Of a stretch of DNA of 64,000 nt, positions 39,117-48,706 are shown piece by piece (positions within the stretch are counted from its first letter, which is position 1; the number at the start of each line of letters is the position of its first letter). Source of the stretch: Minisyncoccota bacterium (GTDB taxonomy: Bacteria; Patescibacteriota; Minisyncoccia; Phycocordibacterales; UBA5272); contig JAYWBQ010000028.1 in assembly GCA_043781255.1 (NCBI GenBank), positions 16,702-80,701 on the forward strand. Reading direction: 5' to 3'. The notes beneath the pieces are model-generated. The model ran no database searches. It was not told the origin of the DNA and was given only the letters and a program-made list of their open reading frames with translations. The translations under genes were made by a program, and so were the position numbers.

Positions 39117-39334
39117 ATGTAGCGAGTTCTGCATCCAGTTCTCCTTCGTTATGATACGATACAGGTATGTCTGCAAAACAGAATTACAAAAGGGGTAATC
39201 ACTGTGTATACCTGTGCGATTATCACATAGTGCTTCCGACCAAATTCAGACACTCATGTATCACAGAAGACCTGTGGTCGTACTTGTATGGGAAACTTCT
39301 GGAGATTACAAAACATTATCCGAATTCGTGAATA

Positions 39335-39362
39335 CTACCTCCATAGCGTCAGTCCAAGGTAG
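39335..39362 (+). repeat. Hairpin-repeat family, degenerate copy
   Basis: CTACCT-CCATAGCGTCAGTCCA-AGGTAG. The loop is related to TGGCGTCAGCC and the outer stem is compensated. Confidence 0.4.
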
Positions 39363-40057
39363 TTCATTGGTCAGTATGGTAAATACGGTACATTGTGGAA
39401 CAAGTTTGCTGTAAAGTTACTATTATTATAAAAATTTAAAAATGCAAAGGTTTTTAAAGTCTTGTAATGGCTAAAATAGCTTACCAGATAACTACGGTGA
39501 AGATGTGGGTTATTTAGGATACTTATGTCGTAAAAGATATATTGTGCGACATTAACTTATAATAACAAAAGCCCCCTCAACCTTATATATACAAAGGATT
39601 TTTCCCTTTGTCTTTTACTATTGATTATTACTAAATTTTTTAACAGCACTTACTGCCCTATCCATCCGTAGGTAACCATCAAGTCATCCTATTTCCTTTG
39701 TTACTATTTAAAAGCAAGTTAAGTCTTGGTTAATGTCATACATAGAAATATACTCTTACCAGATTAAGTCATTTTTACTGTAGTTCGATCTTAGATAGAC
39801 TACTGCTCGCACATAGCATGTCTCGCTTACTCTTTATAGATCTAAGTAAACACTGGATAACTATAAATCCCAAGTTACGATAGGCTCTAAGGTTAATTTT
39901 AGAGGATACTACCTACATCACTAGAATTATATATAAGACTACGATTACTTGGAATATATACCAAATCAGTAAAAAGTCTCTGATGTTACTGTAAAGATTA
40001 ACCATTAGTAAGATAAATTATTCCTACTATTTTTTATTCAATTGTTTTTATCTTTTT

Positions 40058-40093
40058 TAGTCCACACAAATCCTCCGTGGCGTCAGCCCGGAG
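40058..40093 (+). repeat. Hairpin-repeat family, type-B copy
   Basis: TAGTCCACACAAATC + CTCCG-TGGCGTCAGCC-CGGAG. Confidence 0.6.
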
Positions 40094-40235
40094 TTCTTTA
40101 GTTTATAATTATTATTTTATTATTTCTGTGGCTAAGACTACTTTTTCCTTGCTATTTTTTTTGAAAAAATATTTTAAGCTATAGTGAATGCTTTATATGT
40201 CTGCGTTTCCTCACCTTCCATTATAAAAGTAAAAT

Positions 40236-40263
40236 GGGTATGTATCCTTACAATACATACCCA
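40236..40263 (-). terminator. Hairpin terminator downstream of proS
   Basis: GGGTATGTAT-n8-ATACATACCC inverted repeat, followed on the minus strand by a T-rich run. Confidence 0.5.
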
Positions 40264-40331
40264 TTTAAACTATTAGATATAGCAAAATGTTTAGATAGAT
40301 AACTATAGAAAAGTGATACTGTCTTCTATGG

Positions 40332-41585
40332 CTAGCAAGCTTTTGTAAACATGTGAATGCACTGATCTACGGAAACAACATCAGAAGTTGTTCCTGTACG
40401 TTCCTTCACTTCAACTCCTCCTAAGGTGAGAGACTTGTCACTCACAACAACCCGCATAGGAATACCAATGAGATCACTATCAGCAAACTTTTCCCCTGCC
40501 TGTAACTCACGATCATCAAAGAGTACTTCTACATGGTTGTCAGTTAGTTGCTTGTATAAATACTCTGCTTGCTTGTAAGCTTCTCCATTTTTATCTTTTC
40601 CAAGCACGATAAGATGTATTGAGTATGGTGCAATAGATGCTGGCCATACGAGACCATTTTCATCAGATAATGTTTCAGCAATTACTCCCATAATACGACT
40701 GACCCCAATGCCATAACATCCCATAACGCCCCGCTTCCCTTCACCTTCCTTATCAATAAAAGAAAAATCAAAAGCTTCTTGGTAACGAGTGCCTAAGTCA
40801 AAGACATTCCCAACCTCGGAGGCCTTTCCTAATTTAAGTGGACCAGATCCATCTGGAGACTCATCTCCTTCTTCTAATTCTGTGATTTCTTTGTTGATGC
40901 AATAATTAGATTTTTCTGAATACAAAATATCATCTTCACCAGCATTGGTAAGCACCATGAATTCATATGATATTTTTTTTGAAAAACTGCCACCACTTGC
41001 CTCCGTTACTTTTGTCACAAGTCCAATCTCAGAATAAATCTCAAGGTACTTCTTCTTTGCTTGCTCATAAAATGTATCAAATGCATCTTGGTTTTCATGA
41101 ATTGTATACATGTCTTTCATAAGAAATTCTCGACCACGCATAATGCCTGCTTTTGCTCGAAGTTCATCTCTAAATTTCCAGTGAATTTGATATCCAATGA
41201 ATGGAAGATTTTTATATGATCGGATATATTCTTTAATAATTGGCGTCACAACCTCTTCTTCACTTTGTCCGATTGCATATTCTCGTTCAGTCCTGCTTTG
41301 AATTTTGAAGAGAACTTCAACAGAATCCCATGCACCAGTTGTTTTCCATAGTTCTGCCGGATGAAGCATCGACATAGTCATTTCTTGAGCGCCAAGCTCA
41401 TTCATTTTAAGCCTAACTATATCCTCAATTTTTCTAAGCACACGAAGACCTAGTGGAAGAAATGTGTAGGACCCCGCCATTGTTTTATGAACAAAACCAG
41501 CACGAATAAGTAGCTGTGCATTTTTACTTGTTTCATCTGCAGGTAGATCTTTAGTCGTCTTCGTAAATAATTGTGATTGTCGCAT
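40332..41585 (-). CDS. proS: Prolyl-tRNA synthetase (bacterial-like N-terminus, no INS editing domain)
   Basis: MRQSQLFTKTTKDLPADETSKNAQLLIRAGF matches the ProRS N-terminal consensus. Class II motifs present. 417 aa is too short to hold an INS domain. Confidence 0.85.
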   Translation of the reverse strand: MRQSQLFTKTTKDLPADETSKNAQLLIRAGFVHKTMAGSYTFLPLGLRVLRKIEDIVRLKMNELGAQEMTMSMLHPAELWKTTGAWDSVEVLFKIQSRTEREYAIGQSEEEVVTPIIKEYIRSYKNLPFIGYQIHWKFRDELRAKAGIMRGREFLMKDMYTIHENQDAFDTFYEQAKKKYLEIYSEIGLVTKVTEASGGSFSKKISYEFMVLTNAGEDDILYSEKSNYCINKEITELEEGDESPDGSGPLKLGKASEVGNVFDLGTRYQEAFDFSFIDKEGEGKRGVMGCYGIGVSRIMGVIAETLSDENGLVWPASIAPYSIHLIVLGKDKNGEAYKQAEYLYKQLTDNHVEVLFDDRELQAGEKFADSDLIGIPMRVVVSDKSLTLGGVEVKERTGTTSDVVSVDQCIHMFTKAC

Positions 41586-41600
41586 ATTCGTAAAATTATT

Positions 41601-42731
41601 TTAAACTCTAATGTCATTAATGGTTACAATGATAAGAAGTAACATAAGGCTTACAAAACCAATAACATTAACCCAAGAATAATATCCATAAGGTATCTTT
41701 TTTCGAGTCACGGTTTCGATAATCACCACTACCATTCTTCCACCGTCAAGTGCCGGGAGTGGAAGAATATTAAATATTGCAAGGTTAATAGAAAGAACAG
41801 CAACAAGCGTAAGGACTGCGCTGATTCCGTATTCACTAGTTTCCCCTACTATTCTCGCGATTCCAACTGGACCAGAAAGTGAAGAGAGAACATTATTACC
41901 TTTAAATATAGAACTAACAACACTGCTGAGGCCATCAATTGTTAACCTGGTAATGGTAAGAGTTTTGCCATATCCAAGACTAATAGCTTCTGCAAATGTT
42001 GTTTTTATTGTGCCAACTTGTTCAATAGAGATACCAAGAGCTTTTTTATCAGGTACGATGCCATAGACTGCGGCTACTGTTGTTGATTTTTCTTGCCCAT
42101 CGGGGGATCTATACGAAATTATAAAAGGAGTATTTTGGTGAGCTCCAATAAAAGCAATAAGTGACGTAGCTGTTGTAAGTTGTGCTTTTTGATTCGCACT
42201 TGTGAGAGCGAGAATTGTAGAACCAGGTACAACTCCCGCCTTATACGCTGGACTTTCTTTTGAAACTTCTGCAACAATAAGTGAACTCTCCTTGATACGA
42301 GATCCATATATTTCATCGTTCGCACTCACAGTAACTGTGCCATACGAAATACCGATAAAAATAAAAAGTGCCAAAAGCATATTCATAGTAACTCCAGCAA
42401 TGAGTACAAGCAGCTGCGTCCACCATGGACGATTACCAAAGGCACGAGGATGATGCTTTGCTCCGCCTTTCTCTTTGTCTTCGTCACTGCCATTTTCACC
42501 CCAAATTGAAACATATCCACCAAGAGGAAGTGCATTAATGGCATATGTCGTCTCACCATATTTTTTGGCAAATACTCGTGGAGGGAAGCCGAAAGCAAAT
42601 TCATCGACTCGCATCCCAGTTAGCTTGGCAACAATAAAGTGTCCGAATTCGTGAACGATAACGAGCACTAATAAAATAATAATAAACAGTGCTAAGGCAG
42701 ATATAGACATAATGACCTTAGTGTACCACAT
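41601..42731 (-). CDS. rseP: RIP metalloprotease RseP (M50 site-2 protease)
   Basis: HEFGHFIVAK (HExxH) in TM1. PDZ-like central region. C-terminal LDGG motif. Confidence 0.85.
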   Translation of the reverse strand: MWYTKVIMSISALALFIIILLVLVIVHEFGHFIVAKLTGMRVDEFAFGFPPRVFAKKYGETTYAINALPLGGYVSIWGENGSDEDKEKGGAKHHPRAFGNRPWWTQLLVLIAGVTMNMLLALFIFIGISYGTVTVSANDEIYGSRIKESSLIVAEVSKESPAYKAGVVPGSTILALTSANQKAQLTTATSLIAFIGAHQNTPFIISYRSPDGQEKSTTVAAVYGIVPDKKALGISIEQVGTIKTTFAEAISLGYGKTLTITRLTIDGLSSVVSSIFKGNNVLSSLSGPVGIARIVGETSEYGISAVLTLVAVLSINLAIFNILPLPALDGGRMVVVIIETVTRKKIPYGYYSWVNVIGFVSLMLLLIIVTINDIRV

Positions 42732-42823
42732 AGAACAGACTGAAGCAGGTACACTCTAGACTTTAGCTTTTTAATTCAAATGTATACAAAAAATGGTATC
42801 TTTGGAAATCAGTTTTTGTACTT

Positions 42824-42860
42824 TAGTCCACACAAATCCTCCGTGGCGTTAGTCCGGGAG
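42824..42860 (+). repeat. Hairpin-repeat family, type-B copy
   Basis: TAGTCCACACAAATC + CTCCG-TGGCGTTAGTC-CGGGAG. Confidence 0.55.
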
Positions 42861-42942
42861 ATGGAGTGAGTTCATGTTTTGTAATCAAAACATGTTGAAT
42901 GGCGAAGCTCTTCAACTAAAGCAATCCAAAGGATTGCGATCT

Positions 42943-42965
42943 AATCCTCTGTGGCGTCAGTCTAG
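42943..42965 (+). repeat. Hairpin-repeat family, degenerate type-B copy
   Basis: AATCCTCTG-TGGCGTCAGTC-TAG. Confidence 0.4.
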
Positions 42966-43008
42966 TATTCTTTAGTTATGGGCTACAGGCTAATTGCTAC
43001 AGTCTGTA

Positions 43009-43563
43009 TTATTCCCCCATTACTTCCTTTTCTTTTTTATTAAAAAGTTCTTCAAGTTCTTGGTTTGCATTGTCAACTATTTTTTGCATTTCGTCACGAT
43101 ATCTTTTTTGATCATCTTCGCCGTATGCTCCATCTTTTGCTTCAGTGTCGATTACTTTGTTTGTTTCTTCTCGCAGTGCACGTATGCGTACTCGTGCGTC
43201 TTCTAGACGATCTTTAAGAAGCTTTACAAGCTTTTGACGAGTCTCTGTTGTGAGACTTGGGAAGTGTACACGGAGTCCTTCACCATCAGAAGAAACAGAG
43301 AGCCCAAGGTCTGCGTCATTGATCGCCTTTTCCATTTGACTAATAATAGACTTATCCCACGGAGAAACACGAATGGTTCTTGGGTCTTCGATGGTAATAC
43401 CTGCGGCATGAGCGAGAGCTGTACGAGTTCCATACATATCGATGTGTACAAGATCAAGTACTTGTGGAGTTGCACGTCCGGTCTGAATAGATCGGTACTC
43501 AGCTTTTAACCATTCTGTAATGGTATTTTTTTGTGCTGTAACTTGTGAAAAATCGTATGCCAT
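43009..43563 (-). CDS. frr: Ribosome recycling factor
   Basis: 184 aa with the RRF consensus throughout (RVHFPSLTTETRQKLVKLLKDRLEDARVRIR...). Confidence 0.9.
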   Translation of the reverse strand: MAYDFSQVTAQKNTITEWLKAEYRSIQTGRATPQVLDLVHIDMYGTRTALAHAAGITIEDPRTIRVSPWDKSIISQMEKAINDADLGLSVSSDGEGLRVHFPSLTTETRQKLVKLLKDRLEDARVRIRALREETNKVIDTEAKDGAYGEDDQKRYRDEMQKIVDNANQELEELFNKKEKEVMGE

Positions 43564-43596
43564 ATAAAAGTAATTAAGTGTATGTAGTGTAGCTCA

Positions 43597-44391
43597 CTAT
43601 TTCATTTGTGGCAATAAGAGCGAAAGATACTCTAGGAGAGCTTTACCTGAAGCGGATGGGTCAGATGCAAAAGAAGCTATAGCTATCGTTTCAGTAATGT
43701 GATTATTTTGAAGAGAATCACCCCTTCTTTTTTTTTGTGAAAGAAGTTCAGCGAGATTAAGAATAAATTGTCGAACGGCTTCTCTGTCTTTACGATCCTC
43801 TTCATCTTTTTTTTCAAGAAGTTTTACTATGTAGGGTAATTTTATTCTCATTGTAGGATTCGTACTTAAAAATAATTCTGCATCTTTGTGTATATTTAAA
43901 TTTTCTTTTTCTTCATGTAGTAGGACTCTAGAAATAACTGTGTCAATCAAGTGAGATTTGTTACTTGTAATAAGAATAAAGCGAGTATTACTTGGAGGCT
44001 CTTCTAGAATTTTAAGTAAAGCATTTTGTGCAGGGATACCTGCTGTATGAAAAGAAATGATCCCGACCCTCTCATCATTGTAAGAAGTTTTTGCCCAAGA
44101 GATTATCTCACGCGCTGTCTCTATGTTTAATACTGTTTGGTTGAAGTATCTGTGTATAGGAGAAAGTCCTTTGAGTTCATTCCAAAGATCAGTACTTACT
44201 ACTATTCGATCATTTGTTGTTACAAGGATCGCATGATGTGTTGGGAGAGAAGAAAGTAGCATAGTTTTGTATTCCAAGTATAACATTTTGACAATATTGT
44301 GGAGGAGATGACAGATATTAAAGAAAAACTTTCTGAGACTAGAAAGAAAAAAATACCAGAGTCGCTTGCGACTCTGGTATTTGCCCACCAC
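43597..44391 (-). CDS. holB: DNA polymerase III delta-prime subunit-like clamp-loader protein
   Basis: NALLKILEEPP motif and SRV box (TVISRVL). Likely start at the internal Met (MLYLEYK...). Confidence 0.6.
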   Translation of the reverse strand: MVGKYQSRKRLWYFFLSSLRKFFFNICHLLHNIVKMLYLEYKTMLLSSLPTHHAILVTTNDRIVVSTDLWNELKGLSPIHRYFNQTVLNIETAREIISWAKTSYNDERVGIISFHTAGIPAQNALLKILEEPPSNTRFILITSNKSHLIDTVISRVLLHEEKENLNIHKDAELFLSTNPTMRIKLPYIVKLLEKKDEEDRKDREAVRQFILNLAELLSQKKRRGDSLQNNHITETIAIASFASDPSASGKALLEYLSLLLPQMK

Positions 44392-44397
44392 ACCTGC

Positions 44398-44970
44398 TCA
44401 CTTAAGGGGTAGTCTATCTGGCATTCCAGATCTTTTACAAACCTCTTGTAAAAACATTCTGCCATCTCTGGTCACGAAAAAACAAAGCGTTTCTTCAACG
44501 GCACGGTTATCAGCGAGGGTTGCATACGGTGCGTTTTTGTAAACGGGGTTACCATTTGTCATTAACAAGTGCTGAAGGCGATTTACTGTTAGTAATCCAA
44601 GCTGATTTTCTATAGCCCAAGAAGCAATAGCGCTGTCTCTTTCGCTTGAATAGTCATTCCAACCGTGCGATTTTTCTTTTGCTTTTCTCAAGGCGCTCTC
44701 AAGAAAAGATAATCCAACAGGCATCATTGACCACACAGCAAATGTTGCCGCAACTTTGGCAGTTCGAATCGTTAAACCTTGGGGTATAGAAGTTAAGAGT
44801 GCAATGAGTCGTGTTGTCCAACCACACGCGTACTCATTTTCATACCCCATGTATTCTTTCCAAAACGTAACCACTGCCAGCTCAAGAGGTCGGTCAAAAC
44901 GTGCATCAAAGTGTGGTAAAAACCAGTCGTCGGTAATTTTAACTTTAGTAGCATCCATAAGTATCTCCAA
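44398..44970 (-). CDS. Hypothetical protein
   Basis: 190-aa ORF between holB and mreB. No motif recognised. GC is somewhat higher than in flanking genes. Confidence 0.5.
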   Translation of the reverse strand: MEILMDATKVKITDDWFLPHFDARFDRPLELAVVTFWKEYMGYENEYACGWTTRLIALLTSIPQGLTIRTAKVAATFAVWSMMPVGLSFLESALRKAKEKSHGWNDYSSERDSAIASWAIENQLGLLTVNRLQHLLMTNGNPVYKNAPYATLADNRAVEETLCFFVTRDGRMFLQEVCKRSGMPDRLPLK

Positions 44971-45034
44971 AATAAAGAGCCCAGTTACTCTGAAAAAACT
45001 CTAACACTAATAGTTGTCTACTGCAAACCTATCT

Positions 45035-46048
45035 TTATTTCTTGGCGAAAATACTTCTCTTGTACGTATCTAAGTGTTCAAGTGCAATACCTGTACCTTT
45101 AGCCACACAATAGAAAGCATCAGGTGCCAGCACAGCTTTTACTCCCGTGCGACGTTCTACAAGGTCTGGGAAATGTCGAAGCATGGAAGATCCTCCGCTC
45201 ATGATGATGCCGTTGTCGATGATATCTGACGCGAGTTCTGGTGGAGTTTCTTGGAGCACATCTCGAATTGCTTTTATCATAAGTTTAAGTTCTTTATCAA
45301 TTGCTTTTACAATTTCATTCGTTCGTATCTCAACGGTACGTGGAAGCCCTGCAATAAAGTCCCGTCCTTTTACTTTAAGAACAAGTTCGTCTTCAATTGG
45401 AAGAGCGGACCCAATTTTTATTTTAATGTCTTCTGCAGTCTGGTCTCCGATAGCGAGATTGTAAGTTTTCTTTACATAATCAATGATGGCTTGATCAATT
45501 TTATTTCCTGCGCACTTCACTGAAGTACTACAAACAATACCACCAAGCGAAATAACGGCGACATCTGTTGTCCCTCCTCCAATATCCACAATCATTCTTC
45601 CTTGTGCTTCGTGAATTGGAATACCAGCTCCAATTGCAGCCAAAATCGGCTCCTTTACCACGTACGCATTCCGGGCCCCCGCTTTAAGGGCTGCTTCTAT
45701 TACTGCACGGCGTTCCGTCGAAGTCACTCCTGCAGGGACCGAGACCATCACATCAGGTTTGAAAAGATTAAACCCGCCAAGTGCCTTATGGATGTAATAT
45801 CGGAGCATCGCTTCTGTAACTCTGTAATCAGCAATAACTCCATCACGCATAGGGCGGTAGGCAGTGATTGAGTCAGGAGTTTTACCAATCATATCTTTAG
45901 CCTCACTCCCAACTGCTAGAATCTTTGTACCAGTCTCAGAAATAGCAACAACAGAGGGCTCAACGAGCACAACTCCTTTTCCAGGAACATAGACAAGTGT
46001 GTTTGCTGTGCCTAAGTCAATACCTAATTTCTTAAAAAAGAATCCCAT
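45035..46048 (-). CDS. mreB: Rod shape-determining protein MreB
   Basis: Actin-fold motifs (GIDLGTANTLVYV; DIGGGTTDVAVIS). Confidence 0.9.
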   Translation of the reverse strand: MGFFFKKLGIDLGTANTLVYVPGKGVVLVEPSVVAISETGTKILAVGSEAKDMIGKTPDSITAYRPMRDGVIADYRVTEAMLRYYIHKALGGFNLFKPDVMVSVPAGVTSTERRAVIEAALKAGARNAYVVKEPILAAIGAGIPIHEAQGRMIVDIGGGTTDVAVISLGGIVCSTSVKCAGNKIDQAIIDYVKKTYNLAIGDQTAEDIKIKIGSALPIEDELVLKVKGRDFIAGLPRTVEIRTNEIVKAIDKELKLMIKAIRDVLQETPPELASDIIDNGIIMSGGSSMLRHFPDLVERRTGVKAVLAPDAFYCVAKGTGIALEHLDTYKRSIFAKK

Positions 46049-46087
46049 AATTTTCTTAAGTATATCATATTTTTATGTTGTCGCAGA

Positions 46088-48022
46088 ATGCTTATTTACC
46101 TTATTTTAAAAGGATTTTTAGGGTATTTTATGTACTTTCTGATATACTTTATGGTAACCATGTATCTCCTTACTGTATCCCCTTTGGTTAATGGAATCCC
46201 ATATGAGGAGTTAACTTACTTTTCTAAAATTGAAACAGCCCCGGGAGACTTAGTGGAAATAACTATTCGCAAACGAATCTGTCGGGCACTCGTCTTATCT
46301 GTTGTTAATGCCGAAGAAGAAAAACAATCACTCAAGAATGCATCATTTGTTACAAAGAAAATTTCTAAAGTTTTGATTAAAGGTTTTCTTCATCCACGTC
46401 TTTGGTCGGCACTTGCTTTTGCATCGTCATGTGTTCTTCGTAATGTCGGGACACTTATCTATGATTTACTTTCTGAAAAAAGTTTTGATGATCTTACATT
46501 ACTTACTGTGTCCGAAGAAGCGAAAGGATTTGAAGTTTTACTTCTTGAGCAAAATTATTCAAATCGAATGCTAAGGTTTAAAACAACAATACGAGAAATG
46601 TTTTCAAAGAAGAAATCTCTTGTTATTTTTTTTCCGACAATTACTGATCTTGAACATGCAAAAGATATTTTAGCAAAAGGAATTGAGGATTATGTCATTA
46701 CCTTCCATGGAAGCTTAACTGATAAACAGTATGCACAATCAGAGTACACATTAAAGGTAAGTAATCACCCACTTGTAATTCTTACCACACCATCACTTCT
46801 ACCGTGGGTGCGGACTGACCTTGGGTTAGTTGTTATTGAGCGTGAACATAGTCACTATTACTACACGTATGGTGAACAAGGGTATGATATGCGTTTTGTT
46901 ATTGAGCTTTTAGCAAAAGCATCTGCAATCCCCTGCTTGTTAGGATCTCATATGCTCTCGCTCCGTGCTCATATGAAGTATCTAACAAAAGACGCAACAG
47001 AAATTATCCCCCTCTTGTTTAGAAATGATGCAAATGTAACTATTATACCAATGATAGAAGACAATAGGACAAGTAGTCCATATCTTTCACGACAGGCACT
47101 TGAAATTCTTCATCAATGTAAAGTACAAAAACATGGACACTATTTTTTGTATGCACATCGTAAGGGTATGTATCCTACTACTGTATGTTCTGACTGTGGT
47201 GAATTATTTACATGTACTAGGTGCAACCGTCCATATGTGCTTCATAAAATTGCAGGTAAGCGAACCTATGTCTGCCACGGATGTGAATCAATTATTCAAA
47301 TTGATGAAGAGACCTCACTGTCATGCCGGCATTGTGGTGGATGGAGAATGGCAACACTTGGCATTGCAACTGGTGGTATTGAGGAAGTATTGTCTCGTCT
47401 CGGACTCCCTATTTTTGTTATCGATGGAGAACGAACACCCACAAAAGCTAAAGTTAAAAAAGTGTGCAAAGAGTGGCAAGATTCACCGTATGGAATACTT
47501 ATTGGAACTGAAATGGCTCACAACATAGTAAATAGCTGTGATGGAATAATTATTCTCTCACTTGATTCACTTTTTTCTTTACCAGAATATAGAACAGATG
47601 AAAAGATACTTTCGCTTGTAACTGAAATGGCAGAAAAGTTATCTCGTGGTATTCAAACTGATGCGCCACTTATTCTTCAAACGAGATTAAAAAATAGCCC
47701 CGTCATTAAGCATTTAACCTCTTCCTCATTCAGAGAGGTATACCAGATACTTTTGAAAGAACGAGAAGCATTTTTACTGCCACCATACTATACAGTTATT
47801 AGAGCGTCATATGACAACTTATCAGATGATCTTAGAAAAAGATTTGAGCACGAACTTGAACCATATACAGTTATATGGTTTGAACAAGGTCGTGGGGTGA
47901 CACTTCTTTTTGTGCATATTAAAGAGTCAGAGTGGATGAACAACAGTGACGTACGAGAAAAAGTGAAGCGAGTGGTGTATGATGCACACCCTGTAGTTAA
48001 TCCTCTTCACTTCTTCATCTAA
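46088..48022 (+). CDS. PriA-like primosomal protein with degenerate helicase motifs
   Basis: Central Cys4 zinc-binding insert (CSDCGELFTCTRCNRP...CHGCES...CRHCGG) and PriA-like domain order. The expected Walker A (GxGKT) is absent and DEEH is replaced by EREH. Confidence 0.55.
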   Translation: MLIYLILKGFLGYFMYFLIYFMVTMYLLTVSPLVNGIPYEELTYFSKIETAPGDLVEITIRKRICRALVLSVVNAEEEKQSLKNASFVTKKISKVLIKGFLHPRLWSALAFASSCVLRNVGTLIYDLLSEKSFDDLTLLTVSEEAKGFEVLLLEQNYSNRMLRFKTTIREMFSKKKSLVIFFPTITDLEHAKDILAKGIEDYVITFHGSLTDKQYAQSEYTLKVSNHPLVILTTPSLLPWVRTDLGLVVIEREHSHYYYTYGEQGYDMRFVIELLAKASAIPCLLGSHMLSLRAHMKYLTKDATEIIPLLFRNDANVTIIPMIEDNRTSSPYLSRQALEILHQCKVQKHGHYFLYAHRKGMYPTTVCSDCGELFTCTRCNRPYVLHKIAGKRTYVCHGCESIIQIDEETSLSCRHCGGWRMATLGIATGGIEEVLSRLGLPIFVIDGERTPTKAKVKKVCKEWQDSPYGILIGTEMAHNIVNSCDGIIILSLDSLFSLPEYRTDEKILSLVTEMAEKLSRGIQTDAPLILQTRLKNSPVIKHLTSSSFREVYQILLKEREAFLLPPYYTVIRASYDNLSDDLRKRFEHELEPYTVIWFEQGRGVTLLFVHIKESEWMNNSDVREKVKRVVYDAHPVVNPLHFFI

Positions 48023-48135
48023 GGTAACATAGACCTCTCTGGTTTTATTTTGGTCCCAGACTTGAACTTTAGTTCAACCAGGAAAACAAACACAGGCTCT
48101 GTCAAGAGCTCTGTTTTTATGGTAGTATTATTTTT

Positions 48136-48681
48136 ATGAAAGTGAAAGATACTATCATTCAAATTAATGATGATGAACATAGTCCACTTCGTGCACATGC
48201 GCGATCTATTACGAAAGACGAGTTTAGCTCTGTCTATCTTCGGGACGTCATCTCTTCTATGAAGCAAGCGCTTGCTTCTGAGAGTGATGGTGTTGCAATA
48301 GCGGCTCCGCAGATAGCGATCCCACTTCGTTTATTTGTGGTTGCCCTATCATCATATGAAGAGAGCGTTAAACATAAGCCCCTTGTTTTTATTAACCCAA
48401 AGATAGTCAAAAAATCTAAGAAGACAGTTATTATGCAAGAGGGATGCCTTTCCGTGAGGTGGATTTATGGTAAGACAAAACGTTCAATTGCATGTACAAT
48501 TGAAGCGTATGACGAGGATGGAAAGAAATTTAGTTATGGTGGTCAAGGATTGTTAGCTCACATTTTTCAGCACGAAACAGATCATTTAAATGGAGTATTG
48601 TTTGTTGACCACGGATTTGATTTTGAGGAGTATACAGAGGAGGAAATTAGAAAAGCTGAAAAAGAAATGGAGAAAAAATAA
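48136..48681 (+). CDS. def: Peptide deformylase
   Basis: EGCLSV and HETDHLNG (HExxH) motifs. Confidence 0.85.
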   Translation: MKVKDTIIQINDDEHSPLRAHARSITKDEFSSVYLRDVISSMKQALASESDGVAIAAPQIAIPLRLFVVALSSYEESVKHKPLVFINPKIVKKSKKTVIMQEGCLSVRWIYGKTKRSIACTIEAYDEDGKKFSYGGQGLLAHIFQHETDHLNGVLFVDHGFDFEEYTEEEIRKAEKEMEKK

Positions 48682-48706
48682 GTTTTAATTTGATATACTT
48701 TAAAGT

